The notes beneath the pieces were generated by a model that saw only the letters and a list, made by a program, of their open reading frames with translations, was not told the DNA's origin and did no database searches. A stretch of DNA of 64,000 nucleotides from an uncultured Methylomirabilota bacterium (lineage in GTDB: Bacteria; Methylomirabilota; Methylomirabilia; Methylomirabilales; 2-02-FULL-66-22). This document shows, piece by piece, positions 1-10,037 of this stretch. Location: positions 480,001-544,000 of the forward strand of contig CAWJSJ010000002.1 in the NCBI GenBank assembly GCA_963845565.1, written 5' to 3'. Position 1 is the stretch's first letter; the number at the start of each line of letters is the position of its first letter. The position numbers and the translations under genes were made by a program.

Positions 1-242
1 TCTTGCTCTGTCGCCTCAGCGACCACCACGCCGCCCGCGCGCGACAGGGTTTGGACCAACCCTTCGGTCTCCAGGCGATTGAGGGCGTCGCGAATCGGGG
101 CCCGGGAGACGCCAAGTCGGCGAGCCAAGTCGTCCTGATTGAGTCTGGTCCCCGACTCGAACTCGCCGGAAAAGATCGCATCCCGGATGGCTTGGTAGGC
201 CAGATTGCCCATCCGCGTGAATTCGAGCGTGTTGAGCGCCAT
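1..242 (-). CDS. GntR-family transcriptional regulator (N-terminal part, runs off window)
   Basis: Manual translation from ATG at 242: MALNTLEFTRMGNLAYQAIRDAIFSGEFESGTRLNQDDLARRLGVSRAPIRDALNRLETEGLV, a GntR winged HTH; purine-rich RBS upstream; absent from the ORF track because it is truncated. Confidence 0.9.
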   Translation of the reverse strand, partial: MALNTLEFTRMGNLAYQAIRDAIFSGEFESGTRLNQDDLARRLGVSRAPIRDALNRLETEGLVQTLSRAGGVVVAEATEQ

Positions 243-269
243 CAGGTCCCCTTTAGAGCGTTCTGTCGC

Positions 270-286
270 CCGTATACAGCATACGG
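270..286. promoter_or_regulatory. Candidate GntR operator, CCGTAT-N5-ATACGG inverted repeat
   Basis: Perfect 6-bp arms about 30 bp upstream of the gntR start; GT...AC core typical of GntR boxes. Confidence 0.45.
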
Positions 287-1005
287 TAGGCGTGATTATT
301 CACCAGCCGCCTGCCATCCGTCAAGGAGGAATTGAGCGGTGACCTCTCCGCTGGTCGTGCGCGAAGCCGTGGGCCCCGGAGTCCGAACAGGCAAGCGAGG
401 AACGATTCGGTCGGTCGTGCCGAGTCGGTCCCGTTTCGACTGTGGTCCCTCTTCAGCACGCGACAGGAGAATCCTACCGCTTGACACCGTAGCCTCACGC
501 TGGGCATTCGCTCGCGGCGGTCTCCGTGCCGATGATCTCCCACACGAAACGAGAAGTGAATCGACACAGCGCTTCGCCCCTCCCCGATCAACGCTCACCG
601 CGTCAGGCGGCCGAACCACCACAGGGCGACCGCGCTCAACCGACAGAACGGTCGCCCTGGGACATGGGTGGCGTCGCCCCCGCGGAGGCTCGCGTCCGTC
701 CCCCATGGAAGTCCACGGGCAACGGACCCCTTCGTTGTGGGCGCTGGCCGAATGCGCCTGATTCAAGGTGCGAACAAAGTCTCCGATCCATTATGCCGTG
801 CGCGATTTACGCCTTGACAGCCGGACCTCGTGTGCGACAGGATGGTCGCCGTTACGAAACCTTTGTGGGGCTGTGCGAGGAATCCTTCGGGTGTTCGGGG
901 CCGGATTGTACTGCCTCAACGTGGCGCGACTCCGGCAGGCTTCAAGAACAGATACCCACCTCTCACCCCGCATCGAATGCCGCAAACCCATTTCGAGGAG
1001 GCACC

Positions 1006-2019
1006 ATGAAATTGCGTAACCGCACCATTGGTAGGATGTTGCTGCTTCTCGTACTGGCCCTGGGCGTGGTCGGCGCCGGCCTGCAGGAAGAAGCCGCGGC
1101 CGGCGCGGCCGTGCAGGTCGTGAAGTTCTCCTCCCCCGTGGCGCCCGATCACCCGAACAATATCGCCGCGCTGAAGTTCGCCGAGATCGTCAACAAGGAA
1201 TCGGGCGGGCGACTGAAGGTGGAGGTGTTCCCGGCGAACCAGCTCGGGAACGTCAAGGACGTGATCGAGAACGTCATGACGGGCAGCGTGCACATGTACA
1301 TGGGGGGCACGTCTGAGACGAGCCTGTTCCAGCCGGAATTCGCGGTCATGGACGCCCCCTACCTGTTCCGCGACTACGATCACCTGATGAAGGGCGCCAA
1401 GAGTGATGTGGTGAAAGAGATGGGCGCCAAGCTGGAGAAGAACCGTGGGGTCACGCTCCTGACCGCCGAGATCTACTACGGTGCCCGGCATCTCACCACC
1501 CGCAACAAGCCGATCAAGACCCCGGCCGACCTCAAGGGGATGCTGGTTCGGGCACCGGATCAGCCGATCTATTTGGAGGCCGTGCGCGCGATGGGCGCCA
1601 CACCGACGCCGGTCGCGTTTTCGGACCTGTACATGGCCCTAAAACAGGGTGTGGTCGATGGGCAGGAGAATCCCATTCCGACTATCTACACTTACAAGTA
1701 CTATGAGGCGCAGAAGTACCTGATGCTGACCGGCCACATGCTCCGCGTCAACGTCGTCGGCGCCGACGCATCCTGGTACAACAAGCTCTCCCCCGAGCTC
1801 AAAGGGATCATCCGCAAGGCCCTGGATGAGGCCGTCAAGCTGAACAATGAGCTGACGCTCAAGCAGGAAAAGGACATGTTGGAGGAGCTCAAGAAGCTCG
1901 GCATGGAGGTCGTGCAGCCCGACGTCGAGGCCTTCCGCGAGGCTGCCAAGGGCATTCCGGCCAAGTTCGAGGACAAGTGGGGCAAGGGAACCTTCGACCG
2001 GCTCAAAGCGGCGAAGTAG
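1006..2019 (+). CDS. dctP: TRAP transporter substrate-binding protein (DctP)
   Basis: GAGGAGG RBS before ATG 1006; signal peptide; motifs VFPANQLG, DAPYLF, ALKQGVVDGQEN. Confidence 0.95.
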   Translation: MKLRNRTIGRMLLLLVLALGVVGAGLQEEAAAGAAVQVVKFSSPVAPDHPNNIAALKFAEIVNKESGGRLKVEVFPANQLGNVKDVIENVMTGSVHMYMGGTSETSLFQPEFAVMDAPYLFRDYDHLMKGAKSDVVKEMGAKLEKNRGVTLLTAEIYYGARHLTTRNKPIKTPADLKGMLVRAPDQPIYLEAVRAMGATPTPVAFSDLYMALKQGVVDGQENPIPTIYTYKYYEAQKYLMLTGHMLRVNVVGADASWYNKLSPELKGIIRKALDEAVKLNNELTLKQEKDMLEELKKLGMEVVQPDVEAFREAAKGIPAKFEDKWGKGTFDRLKAAK

Positions 2020-2044
2020 GGCGTTTCCCGACGGATTCACTCGG

Positions 2045-2080
2045 CCGCGGGACGGGAGATGGCTCCCGCCCCGCGGTTTT
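2045..2080 (+). terminator. GC-rich hairpin plus T-tract between dctP and dctQ
   Basis: CCGCGGGACGGGAG-ATGG-CTCCCGCCCCGCGG-TTTT (14-bp stem, one mismatch). Confidence 0.55.
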
Positions 2081-2106
2081 CCGGCTCAGGCCGGCAGGGA
2101 CCCGAC

Positions 2107-2580
2107 GTGAAAAACATCTTGGATGCCACCGACCGGGCGACCGACGTCCTCTGCCTCATCCTCATGAGCGTCGGCTTCGTGATCACCTTTTTCCACATCA
2201 TCGGGCGATACATCCTCAAGGCGCCGATTTTCTACTCCGAGGAGCTGGCTCGCTACTGCTTCATTTGGGCGTGCATGCTCGGGGCGTCGGTCGTCAATCG
2301 AATGGACGAGCACACCAGCGTCAACTACTTCACCACGTTCCTGCCGAAGCGTGCCCAGGGATGGTTGTATATCGGCCGCCAGATTGCCATCCTGCTCCTA
2401 CTGGCGGCGCTGATCTATTACGGCGTCGCCCTCTCGATTAAGATGAACACGGTCCACTCGGCGGCGCTGGACATCTCCTGGTCATACATCTACATGGCGC
2501 TTCCGGTCGGCTCGCTGCTCTTGATCCTCACGACACTCAGGCTCATCGCCGCCAAGGGGCGGGAACTCAAAACGCTGTAA
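2107..2580 (+). CDS. dctQ: TRAP transporter small permease (DctQ)
   Basis: 4-TM protein with RYIL...SEELARYCFIW motif; probable GTG start at 2107. Confidence 0.9.
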   Translation: MKNILDATDRATDVLCLILMSVGFVITFFHIIGRYILKAPIFYSEELARYCFIWACMLGASVVNRMDEHTSVNYFTTFLPKRAQGWLYIGRQIAILLLLAALIYYGVALSIKMNTVHSAALDISWSYIYMALPVGSLLLILTTLRLIAAKGRELKTL

Positions 2581-2593
2581 GAGGGATCTCGCC

Positions 2594-3865
2594 ATGCTGT
2601 TTCTCATCGGAGGATTCCTGCTGTTGGTCGTCCTGGGATTCCCGATCGTGTTTTCGCTCGCCATCACCTCGCTGCTCTATCTGGCCGTGTTCGACATTCC
2701 GGTCATCACCATGGCCCAGAAGATGATCTCCGGCATCGACACGTACGCCCTGCTGGCGGTGCCGTTCTTCATCCTGGCCGGCAATCTGATGAACACGGGG
2801 GGCGTGACCCGGCGGCTCTTCCGTTTCGCCTCGGCCATGGTCGGCCACATCCCGGGCGGCCTGGGGCACGCCAACGTCCTGGCAAGCATGATCTTCGCCG
2901 GCATGTCGGGCGCGGCCATCGCCGACGCGGGCGGCCTGGGAACCATCGAGATCAAGGCCATGCGCGACGAAGGCTTCGACATCGGCTTCTCGGCTGCGGT
3001 CACGGCCGCGTCATCGACAATCGGTCCGATCATTCCGCCCAGCATTCCCATGGTCATCTACGCCTCGATCGCCAGCGTGTCGGTCGGCAAGCTCTTCCTT
3101 GCCGGTGCCGTGCCGGGTATCCTGATGGGCTTGGCGCTCATGATCATGATCTACTTCGTGGCCAAGAAGCGGAGTTATCCGGTACACGCCGCATTCAGCG
3201 TCAAGGAGGCCGTGTTCTCCTTCGTCGACGGTTTCCTGCCGCTGCTCACCCCGGTGATCATCCTGGGCGGCATCCTAGGCGGCGTATTCAGCCCGACTGA
3301 GGCGGCCATCGTGGCTTCGACCTGGGCGCTTGTCCTTGGCATGCTGGTGTACAGGGAGATCAAGTTCCGGGACCTCATCCCCGTTGTCATGGACACCATC
3401 AAGACGACCAGCATGGTGGTCTACATCATCTCGGCCGCCGCCATCTTCGGCTGGCTGCTCGGCCGCGAGCAAGTCCCCCAGAGTGTGGCCCAACTGCTCT
3501 TCTCGATCTCAAAAGACCCCAATGTCATCTTACTTATCATTATCATCTTCCTGCTGATCATCGGCTGTGTCATGGAGACCACGGCGGCACTGATTTTGCT
3601 CACGCCCATCCTGGTTCCGCCCGTGATCCAACTCGGCATCGATCCGGTCCACTTCGGCCTGGTGATGGTCCTCGCTCTGATGATCGGCCTCCTGACCCCG
3701 CCGGTGGGGGTAGTGCTGTATATTACCTCGAGCATCGCCAAGATCTCTTTCGAGGAGATGTCGCGCGTGACCGCGCCGTATCTGATCCCCCTCGTGATCG
3801 TGCTGCTCATCTCGGCCTTTATCCCGGCCGTGACGATGACTCTGCCGAATCTCTTGATCCGGTAA
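2594..3865 (+). CDS. dctM: TRAP transporter large permease (DctM)
   Basis: LLAVPFFILAG, GPIIPPSIP, DPVHFG, TPPVG motifs. Confidence 0.95.
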   Translation: MLFLIGGFLLLVVLGFPIVFSLAITSLLYLAVFDIPVITMAQKMISGIDTYALLAVPFFILAGNLMNTGGVTRRLFRFASAMVGHIPGGLGHANVLASMIFAGMSGAAIADAGGLGTIEIKAMRDEGFDIGFSAAVTAASSTIGPIIPPSIPMVIYASIASVSVGKLFLAGAVPGILMGLALMIMIYFVAKKRSYPVHAAFSVKEAVFSFVDGFLPLLTPVIILGGILGGVFSPTEAAIVASTWALVLGMLVYREIKFRDLIPVVMDTIKTTSMVVYIISAAAIFGWLLGREQVPQSVAQLLFSISKDPNVILLIIIIFLLIIGCVMETTAALILLTPILVPPVIQLGIDPVHFGLVMVLALMIGLLTPPVGVVLYITSSIAKISFEEMSRVTAPYLIPLVIVLLISAFIPAVTMTLPNLLIR

Positions 3866-4131
3866 GGCTGTGGGGCGCTTGTCCGATACCGATTCCCGTG
3901 GGCGAGATCTCCACCAGCCCCAGGAGGGGAATCGCCGACAACGGCAGGAGGATGGCGCAACCCAGGGGTGTGGGCACTGTGGCGGCACGTGAAGTCAGGG
4001 CGTTCCGGGAAATCACGACGAACATCAACGACCGGTCCGATCAATCTTGACCACGAGTGAGCCTGCGGCCTCCTATCTCCTTTGTGGAAGTCCGCTGCCC
4101 TTGTGGCCGGTCGCAGAGCGAGGAGCCGGAC

Positions 4132-5190
4132 ATGAACAGTCGCGAGCGTTACACGCGGGCGATCACCTTCTCCGGACCGGACCGGGTCCCCGTCATGCAT
4201 CGCACGATCCCGGGCGCCTTCCGCCGCCACGGCGGAAGGCTGGAGGCCTTGTACGAGCGGTATCCCAGCGATGTGCTCCTCTCTCCGTCCACGCGTGCCT
4301 GGTTCGCCTTCAAGCGCGGCGTCGTGGAGTCAAGCGGAGCGCTCAAGGGCGTGACCGATGAGTGGGGCTGCGTCTGGGACAGCCTGAACGACGACTACCT
4401 GGGGCAGGTATTCGGTCACCCGTTGGACGACTGGGAGAAGTGGACCGGCTTCAAGTCGCCGGAACCCACGGTGGGCATCGCGGGCGTCCATGAGATGGTG
4501 GAGGCGGTGAAGGCGGACAGGCACCAACACTATTGCCTGATCGAGGTCGGCACCCTGTGGCACCTGACCAACTGGCTGCGCGGTTTCGAGAACTCGCTCG
4601 TGGATGTGGTCGAGGACCGGCCCGAGATGTACGAGCTCCGCGACCGGATCACCGATTTTCTGCTGAAGCGGGTCGAGATCCTGCTGCGCCATCGGGAGCA
4701 TATCGACGGCATCCTGGTGAACGACGACTGGGGAACCCAGGAGACCCTGATGATCCGCCCCGAGTACTGGCGGAAGGTGTACAAACCCGCGTACGCGAAG
4801 ATCGTGGCGGCCATCAAGAGCGGTGGGTGCTTTGCCCACCTCCATTCGGACGGCGTCACGGATGCGATCATGGACGACCTCATCGAGATCGGCTTTGACG
4901 AACTGAATCCACAGATGTCCTGCATGGACGTCGAATCAGTGGGGCGCCGCTTCGGCGGGCGCGTCTGCTTCCGGGCGGACATGGACCGGCAGTATGTGCT
5001 GCCGTTCGGAACGCCTGCCGACGTCTCTGCCTTGGTGGAGCAACTCGCGACCGCCTTTGGCTCCAAACGGGGCGGCTACATCGGCTACGGCCAGATCAAC
5101 ACCGACGTACCCATCGAGAATGCCGAGGCCATGTTGGCGGCGTTTGCAGGCATCCGGTTCCCGGCGGGAGGCGCGCCGGCCTCGAATTAG
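4132..5190 (+). CDS. Uroporphyrinogen decarboxylase/MtaA-CmuA family protein (putative corrinoid-dependent methyltransferase)
   Basis: MNSRER...PDRVP start, DDWGTQ, HLHSDG, ELNPQ, DRQ..LPFGT motifs; AGGAG RBS. Confidence 0.85.
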   Translation: MNSRERYTRAITFSGPDRVPVMHRTIPGAFRRHGGRLEALYERYPSDVLLSPSTRAWFAFKRGVVESSGALKGVTDEWGCVWDSLNDDYLGQVFGHPLDDWEKWTGFKSPEPTVGIAGVHEMVEAVKADRHQHYCLIEVGTLWHLTNWLRGFENSLVDVVEDRPEMYELRDRITDFLLKRVEILLRHREHIDGILVNDDWGTQETLMIRPEYWRKVYKPAYAKIVAAIKSGGCFAHLHSDGVTDAIMDDLIEIGFDELNPQMSCMDVESVGRRFGGRVCFRADMDRQYVLPFGTPADVSALVEQLATAFGSKRGGYIGYGQINTDVPIENAEAMLAAFAGIRFPAGGAPASN

Positions 5191-5339
5191 ACCGGCCCGC
5201 CCACTGAATCGTATTCCGCGCTTGCCGAACGGGTGCTTCCAGACTAGACTTCGCGAACCTGGTCTGCGAAACGCGCGTCATCGGTGCAGATCCCGGCGGC
5301 CTCCGCGGGGAAACACGAGAACCCAGTCGGGGTGTAGGC

Positions 5340-6464
5340 ATGACCAACCGTGAGCGTATCCTCGCCGTCCTCGACAAGAAGAGCCCGGACCGTGTTCCTT
5401 GGATCGCCCGGCTGGACCTGTGGTACCACGCGCGCCTCGCCGAGGGGAACCTGCCGACCCGGTTTCGGGGGATGAATCTCGTTGAGGTTGGACGCGCGCT
5501 TCGCACGGGCAACCCCGCCCGAGACGGCAAGATCTTCAACGTCCGCTACGAGGGCCTGGAGGTCCGCCAAGAGCGGGCGCCCGGCGTGGCGCGCCAGCGC
5601 TTCATCACGCCGCATGGGGAGGTCACCTTCGGGCGCATCCTCAGCGAGACAGTGTCTGGGACGACGGATCAAGGCCTGCCGCTGGAGCACCCGATCCATT
5701 CGGTAGAGGACTACAAGGTCCTGGAGTACATCGCCGAGCACACCTACTACGACCCCTGCTACAACGACTACCTGGCCTACGAGGCCGCGGTGGGAGACGA
5801 GGGATACCCCATGGTCTCGTGCGGGGACGTCCCGTTCCATTACTTCCTCCTGCACCTCGCCGGGTACAATCAGGCCTATTTCGAGATGGTGGATCATGCC
5901 GAGGAATTCGAGCACCTCATCGCCCTGATGGAGCAGGTCGACCGGGAGCGGCTGTGGCCCGTGGTCGCTGACTCGCCGGCGCGCCTCATCTTGCACGGGG
6001 TCCACTTCGACTCGCAAATGACGCCACCCCACATGTTCCGCAAGTACATGACCCCGTACTACAAGGACTTCAGCGCGTTGCTCCATGCGCGGGGGAAATC
6101 GCTGGTCTGGCACGCGGACGATGACTCCAAGGACATCCTGGCCGAGGTCAAGGACGCCGGTTTCGACATGTCCGAGTGCTTCTGCACGGCGCCCATGGTC
6201 GAGGTCACGCTGGAAGAAGCGCGAGCCGCCTGGAAAGGCGACGTCGCCATCTTCGGCGGCGTACCCTCCATCATCTTGGAGCCCACGTTCCCCGAAGTGG
6301 AGTTCGAGGAATACATGCGCGGCGTGTTCCGGACCATTGCGCCGGGTGACGCGTTCATCCTCGGCGTGGCGGATAACGTGATGCCGACCTCGATCATCGA
6401 GCGAGTGGAGCGGATTTCTGACCTCGTGGAACGACACGCAGCGTACCCGATCCAACCATACTGA
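5340..6464 (+). CDS. UroD/MtaA-fold protein (putative methyltransferase)
   Basis: MTNRERILA...PDRVP; WHADD; IFGGVP; FILGVADNVMP, a UroD TIM-barrel pattern. Confidence 0.8.
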   Translation: MTNRERILAVLDKKSPDRVPWIARLDLWYHARLAEGNLPTRFRGMNLVEVGRALRTGNPARDGKIFNVRYEGLEVRQERAPGVARQRFITPHGEVTFGRILSETVSGTTDQGLPLEHPIHSVEDYKVLEYIAEHTYYDPCYNDYLAYEAAVGDEGYPMVSCGDVPFHYFLLHLAGYNQAYFEMVDHAEEFEHLIALMEQVDRERLWPVVADSPARLILHGVHFDSQMTPPHMFRKYMTPYYKDFSALLHARGKSLVWHADDDSKDILAEVKDAGFDMSECFCTAPMVEVTLEEARAAWKGDVAIFGGVPSIILEPTFPEVEFEEYMRGVFRTIAPGDAFILGVADNVMPTSIIERVERISDLVERHAAYPIQPY

Positions 6465-6535
6465 CGCTGCCCGCAGCCGGGCGGACTGACTGAGCGACCG
6501 GTAGTGCAACTCCCCCCAACGTCAAGGAGGATCCC

Positions 6536-7171
6536 ATGGCCGACTACGATGGATTGAAGCAAGCCGTGATCAGCGGGAAGGTGGCCCAGGTCAAGGAGCT
6601 GACCCAGAAGGCCCTCGACGAAGGCCGGAATTGCCAGGAGGTGCTGGACCAGGGCCTGATCCCGGCCATGGATATCGTGGGCGAGAAGTTCTCCTGCCAC
6701 GAGTTCTACATCCCCGAGATGCTGATCGCCGCCCGGGCCATGCAGGCCGGCATCGGTCTCCTGAAGCCCCTCCTCGCCGCCCAGGGCGGGAAGCCCCGCG
6801 GCAAGGTGGTCATCGGGACCGTGAAGGGGGACCTCCACGACATCGGCAAGAACCTGGTCGGCCTCATGCTCCAGGGCAGCGGCTTCGAGGTGGTGGATCT
6901 CGGCGCCGACGTGAAGCCCGAGCGGTTCGTGGAGGCGGTCAAGACCAGCCAGCCCCACTTCGTGATGATGAGCGCGCTGCTCACCACCACCATGCTGTCC
7001 ATGAAGGACACCGTGGAAGCCCTCAAGGCCGCCAACCTGCGCACCGCGGTCAAGGTGGCCGTGGGCGGCGCCCCGGTGACCCAGCGCTTCTGCGACGAGA
7101 TCGGGGCCGACTTCTATGCCGCCAACGCCACCGGCGCCGTCACCAAGGCGAAGGAGCTGCTGCCGGTCTAG
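6536..7171 (+). CDS. Stand-alone corrinoid (B12-binding) methyl-carrier protein, MtaC/MtbC-like
   Basis: Cap domain (GLIPAM..VG.KF...EFYIPEML) plus GDLHDIGKNLV, SALLTTT, VGGAP. Confidence 0.95.
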   Translation: MADYDGLKQAVISGKVAQVKELTQKALDEGRNCQEVLDQGLIPAMDIVGEKFSCHEFYIPEMLIAARAMQAGIGLLKPLLAAQGGKPRGKVVIGTVKGDLHDIGKNLVGLMLQGSGFEVVDLGADVKPERFVEAVKTSQPHFVMMSALLTTTMLSMKDTVEALKAANLRTAVKVAVGGAPVTQRFCDEIGADFYAANATGAVTKAKELLPV

Positions 7172-7311
7172 CAGGCTGCTGAACAAGGCCCATCTGCGGC
7201 GTTGACCCGCCTCGCCGCTCGCTGCGGCGTACCTCGTACGCCTCTCACTCGGCCTCGGGTACATCCGAGGACGGGGTGCCGCCTTGCATCTGGACCTTTT
7301 TGAGCAGCCTG
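7172..7311. repeat. Palindromic MITE/REP-like element, copy 1 (140 bp)
   Basis: Terminal inverted repeats CAGGCTGCTGAACAAGGCCCA / TGGACCTTTTTGAGCAGCCTG; homologous to 26519-26643; starts right after a TAG stop. Confidence 0.8.
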
Positions 7312-7367
7312 AGTAGGAACGAGCTCTCCAGCGGGCGCTAGAGCCGAGCGCTAACAAGGGGACAACC

Positions 7368-8429
7368 ATGATCGAACCGAATTTCGAGCGGTTCCGGACG
7401 ATGCTCCTGCGTCGCGGGGAGCCCGACCGGGTTCCCCTGGGTGATATCAGCGTCCACCCCATGCTGAAGGCCGGGGTGCTGGGCCGTCCGGTCCGCACCC
7501 CGGAGGACGAGGTCGCCTTCTGGGCCACGGCCGGTTTCGACTACGTCCCCATCGAGCAGGGGTTGCAGCTCACGGACGTGATCAAGCGGCAGTCCATGCA
7601 CGAGGTCGAGGCCCAGTACGCCGCGGATACCGCCGACACCCAGGTCCGCTCGTGGGCGACCGAAGGCAAGGGCCTGATCGCCACCCGCGCCGATCTCGAC
7701 GCGTTTCGCTGGCCCGACCCCGATGCCCTCGACTACGGCGCCTTCGAGCGCCTCGCGCCCCTCCTCCCGCCGAAGATGAAGGTCTTTGCTGTGGTGGGGA
7801 AGGTCTTCACCTGCGTGTCGTGGTTGATGGGCCTGGAGGGCCTGAGCTTCGCCCTCGCCGACGATCCCGAGCTGGTCGCCACGATCTGCGAACGAGTGGG
7901 ACGGTTTCAGCACCGGGTCGTCGAGACCCTCTTGCGCTACGACACGGTCGGCGCCCTCTGGCACGCCGACGACATCGCCTTCAAGACCCAACTCCTGGTG
8001 AGTCCTCGGCTCCTCCGAAGCCACGTGTTCCCTTGGTACACGGAAATGAACCGGATGGCGCATGCCAAGGGCGTGCCGGTGGTCTATCACAGCGATGGCG
8101 CGCTCCAGGAAGTGGTGGAGGACATCATTGGCTGCGGCTTCGACGGCCTGAACCCCATCGAGCCGCCGGCCATGGACATCACCGCCGTCAAGCGGCAATT
8201 CGGGAAGCGAATCGCCATCATCGGCAACATCGACCTCGGCTACACGTTGACGCGCGGCACCCCCGCCGAGGTCCGGGCCGAGGTCCGCCAGCGCATCCGC
8301 GACCTCGCCCCGGGCGGCGGCTATGCCGTGTCGTCCAGCAACTCGGTCCCGGAGTACGTCCCGCTGGCAAACTTCAACGCCATGCGCGAGGCAACGTTCG
8401 AATTCGGGCGGTATCCGATCACGGCGTAA
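7368..8429 (+). CDS. UroD/MtaA-fold protein (putative methyltransferase)
   Basis: EPDRVP, HADDIAF, YHSDG, LNPIE, IGNID, GGGYAVSSSNS motifs. Confidence 0.85.
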   Translation: MIEPNFERFRTMLLRRGEPDRVPLGDISVHPMLKAGVLGRPVRTPEDEVAFWATAGFDYVPIEQGLQLTDVIKRQSMHEVEAQYAADTADTQVRSWATEGKGLIATRADLDAFRWPDPDALDYGAFERLAPLLPPKMKVFAVVGKVFTCVSWLMGLEGLSFALADDPELVATICERVGRFQHRVVETLLRYDTVGALWHADDIAFKTQLLVSPRLLRSHVFPWYTEMNRMAHAKGVPVVYHSDGALQEVVEDIIGCGFDGLNPIEPPAMDITAVKRQFGKRIAIIGNIDLGYTLTRGTPAEVRAEVRQRIRDLAPGGGYAVSSSNSVPEYVPLANFNAMREATFEFGRYPITA

Positions 8430-8464
8430 GCGTGCGGATGCGTCCGCACCACGGAGGGAAGGTC

Positions 8465-9466
8465 ATGAGCAGATCGCGGCTGGTATTCGTGGGAGTCCTT
8501 CTTGCGGTCGCCGTCGCAGCGGGCATGATTGCCGTCCCCGCCCCTGCCCCGGCCGCCGAATTCGTCATCAAGCTCGGGCACGTGCTACCCACCAACGAGC
8601 CGATCCATCAGGCGAACGAGCGCATGGCGCAGCGGGTCAAGGAGAAGACCAAGGGCCGAGTCGAGATCCAGGTCTTTCCCGCGTCCCAGATCGGCTCTAA
8701 CCGGGACACCTACGAACAGGCGCGCATGGGCGCCCCCGTGATCTGTCACATCGACCCGGGCTATGCCGCCGAGCTGGGGGATCTCGACATCGCCATCATG
8801 AACGGGCCGTTCCTGTTCGAGAGCTGGGACCAGGCCAAGAAGGTCCTGTCCTCTCCGCTGGTCGGCGCGATGAACCAGAACCTCTTGAAGAATGGGAAGA
8901 TCCGGGTCCTCTCCTGGGGCTACTACTTCGGCCAGCGCCACATCATCAGCGACAAGGGGTATCCGACGCCGGCGGACATCAAGGGCAAGAAGGTCCGCGT
9001 CCCGCCAAACGTGATGTGGGTCGAGACCTTCAAGGCCATGGGTGCCGTCCCCACGCCGCTCCAGTGGGCCGAGGTCTATCAGGGGCTAGGCCAGGGCGTC
9101 GTGGATGCCGCCGAGGCGCCGCTTTCCACCCTGCTGGGGTCGAAGCTCCATGAAGTGAAGAAAGTGATCACCCTGACCGGCCACTTCAAGGCGGTTGTGG
9201 GCCTGGCCATCGGCGAACAGTATTTCCAGAGTCTCCCCAAGGACATCCAGCAACTCCTTATCGAGGAGGCCGAGGAGAACGGCCGCTGGGTGTCGCCCAT
9301 CACGATCCAGAAGGAAGACGAATTCAAGCAGGCCCTCGCCAAGGGCGGCGTGACGTTCGTCCAGGCCGATACCGAGGCCTATCGGAAAGCCACCCTCGCG
9401 ACCTACCAGGCGTTCCCCAAGTGGACCCCTGGGTTGTACGAAAAGGTCCAGGCGGCCATGAAGTAA
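8465..9466 (+). CDS. dctP: TRAP substrate-binding protein (DctP)
   Basis: GGAGG RBS, signal peptide, KLGHV, VFPASQIG, KVRVP, GLGQGVVDAAE. Confidence 0.93.
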   Translation: MSRSRLVFVGVLLAVAVAAGMIAVPAPAPAAEFVIKLGHVLPTNEPIHQANERMAQRVKEKTKGRVEIQVFPASQIGSNRDTYEQARMGAPVICHIDPGYAAELGDLDIAIMNGPFLFESWDQAKKVLSSPLVGAMNQNLLKNGKIRVLSWGYYFGQRHIISDKGYPTPADIKGKKVRVPPNVMWVETFKAMGAVPTPLQWAEVYQGLGQGVVDAAEAPLSTLLGSKLHEVKKVITLTGHFKAVVGLAIGEQYFQSLPKDIQQLLIEEAEENGRWVSPITIQKEDEFKQALAKGGVTFVQADTEAYRKATLATYQAFPKWTPGLYEKVQAAMK

Positions 9467-9467
9467 G

Positions 9468-10037
9468 ATGGCGGCATCCTCAAGTCCCGCCCTTTCCCCC
9501 CAGCACCCCGGGTTTTCCCCGGGGTGCTGGGGGTTTCTTCCGCTGCTCTTCCACCGCTTCGAGGAGATTGTCGGCGGGGCCGCCTTCGTCGCCATGACAG
9601 TGATGGTGTTCGTCAACGTCGTCTGCCGTTATGTCTTCGATAGCCCCATCGCCGGCTCCGACGAACTCGCGACTCTTGCCTTCACCTGGGCCACGTTCCT
9701 GGGCGCGAGCCTCGGCATCAAACGACAGATCCACTTGGGGATCGAGTTCGTCACGCGGCTCTTTCCGCTGCGCCTCCAGGCGCTGTGCGGGGTCATCGTG
9801 TCGGTGCTGGTCGCGGTCTTTGCCATGCTCCTGCTGGTCTATAGCTGGCAGATCATGCGCAGCGCGCATTTGAAAGTCACGCCGGTCCTCCAGTGGCCGT
9901 ATACCATCGTGTATCTCGCGGTTCCCGTCGGCGCCCTGCTCATGCTCCTGCGGCTCGCGCCTGTCGTCCGGGCGCAGGTCCGGCTCCTGTCCGGGCGGGG
10001 CGAGCGCACATCGTCCGCGGAGGCGGTTCCGCTATGA
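9468..10037 (+). CDS. dctQ: TRAP small permease (DctQ); true start may be downstream of the hairpin
   Basis: NVVCRYVF...SDELA..FTW..FLGAS...HLGIE motif. Confidence 0.88.
   Translation: MAASSSPALSPQHPGFSPGCWGFLPLLFHRFEEIVGGAAFVAMTVMVFVNVVCRYVFDSPIAGSDELATLAFTWATFLGASLGIKRQIHLGIEFVTRLFPLRLQALCGVIVSVLVAVFAMLLLVYSWQIMRSAHLKVTPVLQWPYTIVYLAVPVGALLMLLRLAPVVRAQVRLLSGRGERTSSAEAVPL
9497..9540 (+). terminator. 16-bp perfect GC hairpin plus T-rich tail after second dctP
   Basis: CCCCCAGCACCCCGGG-TTTTC-CCCGGGGTGCTGGGGG-TTTCTTC. Confidence 0.55.
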
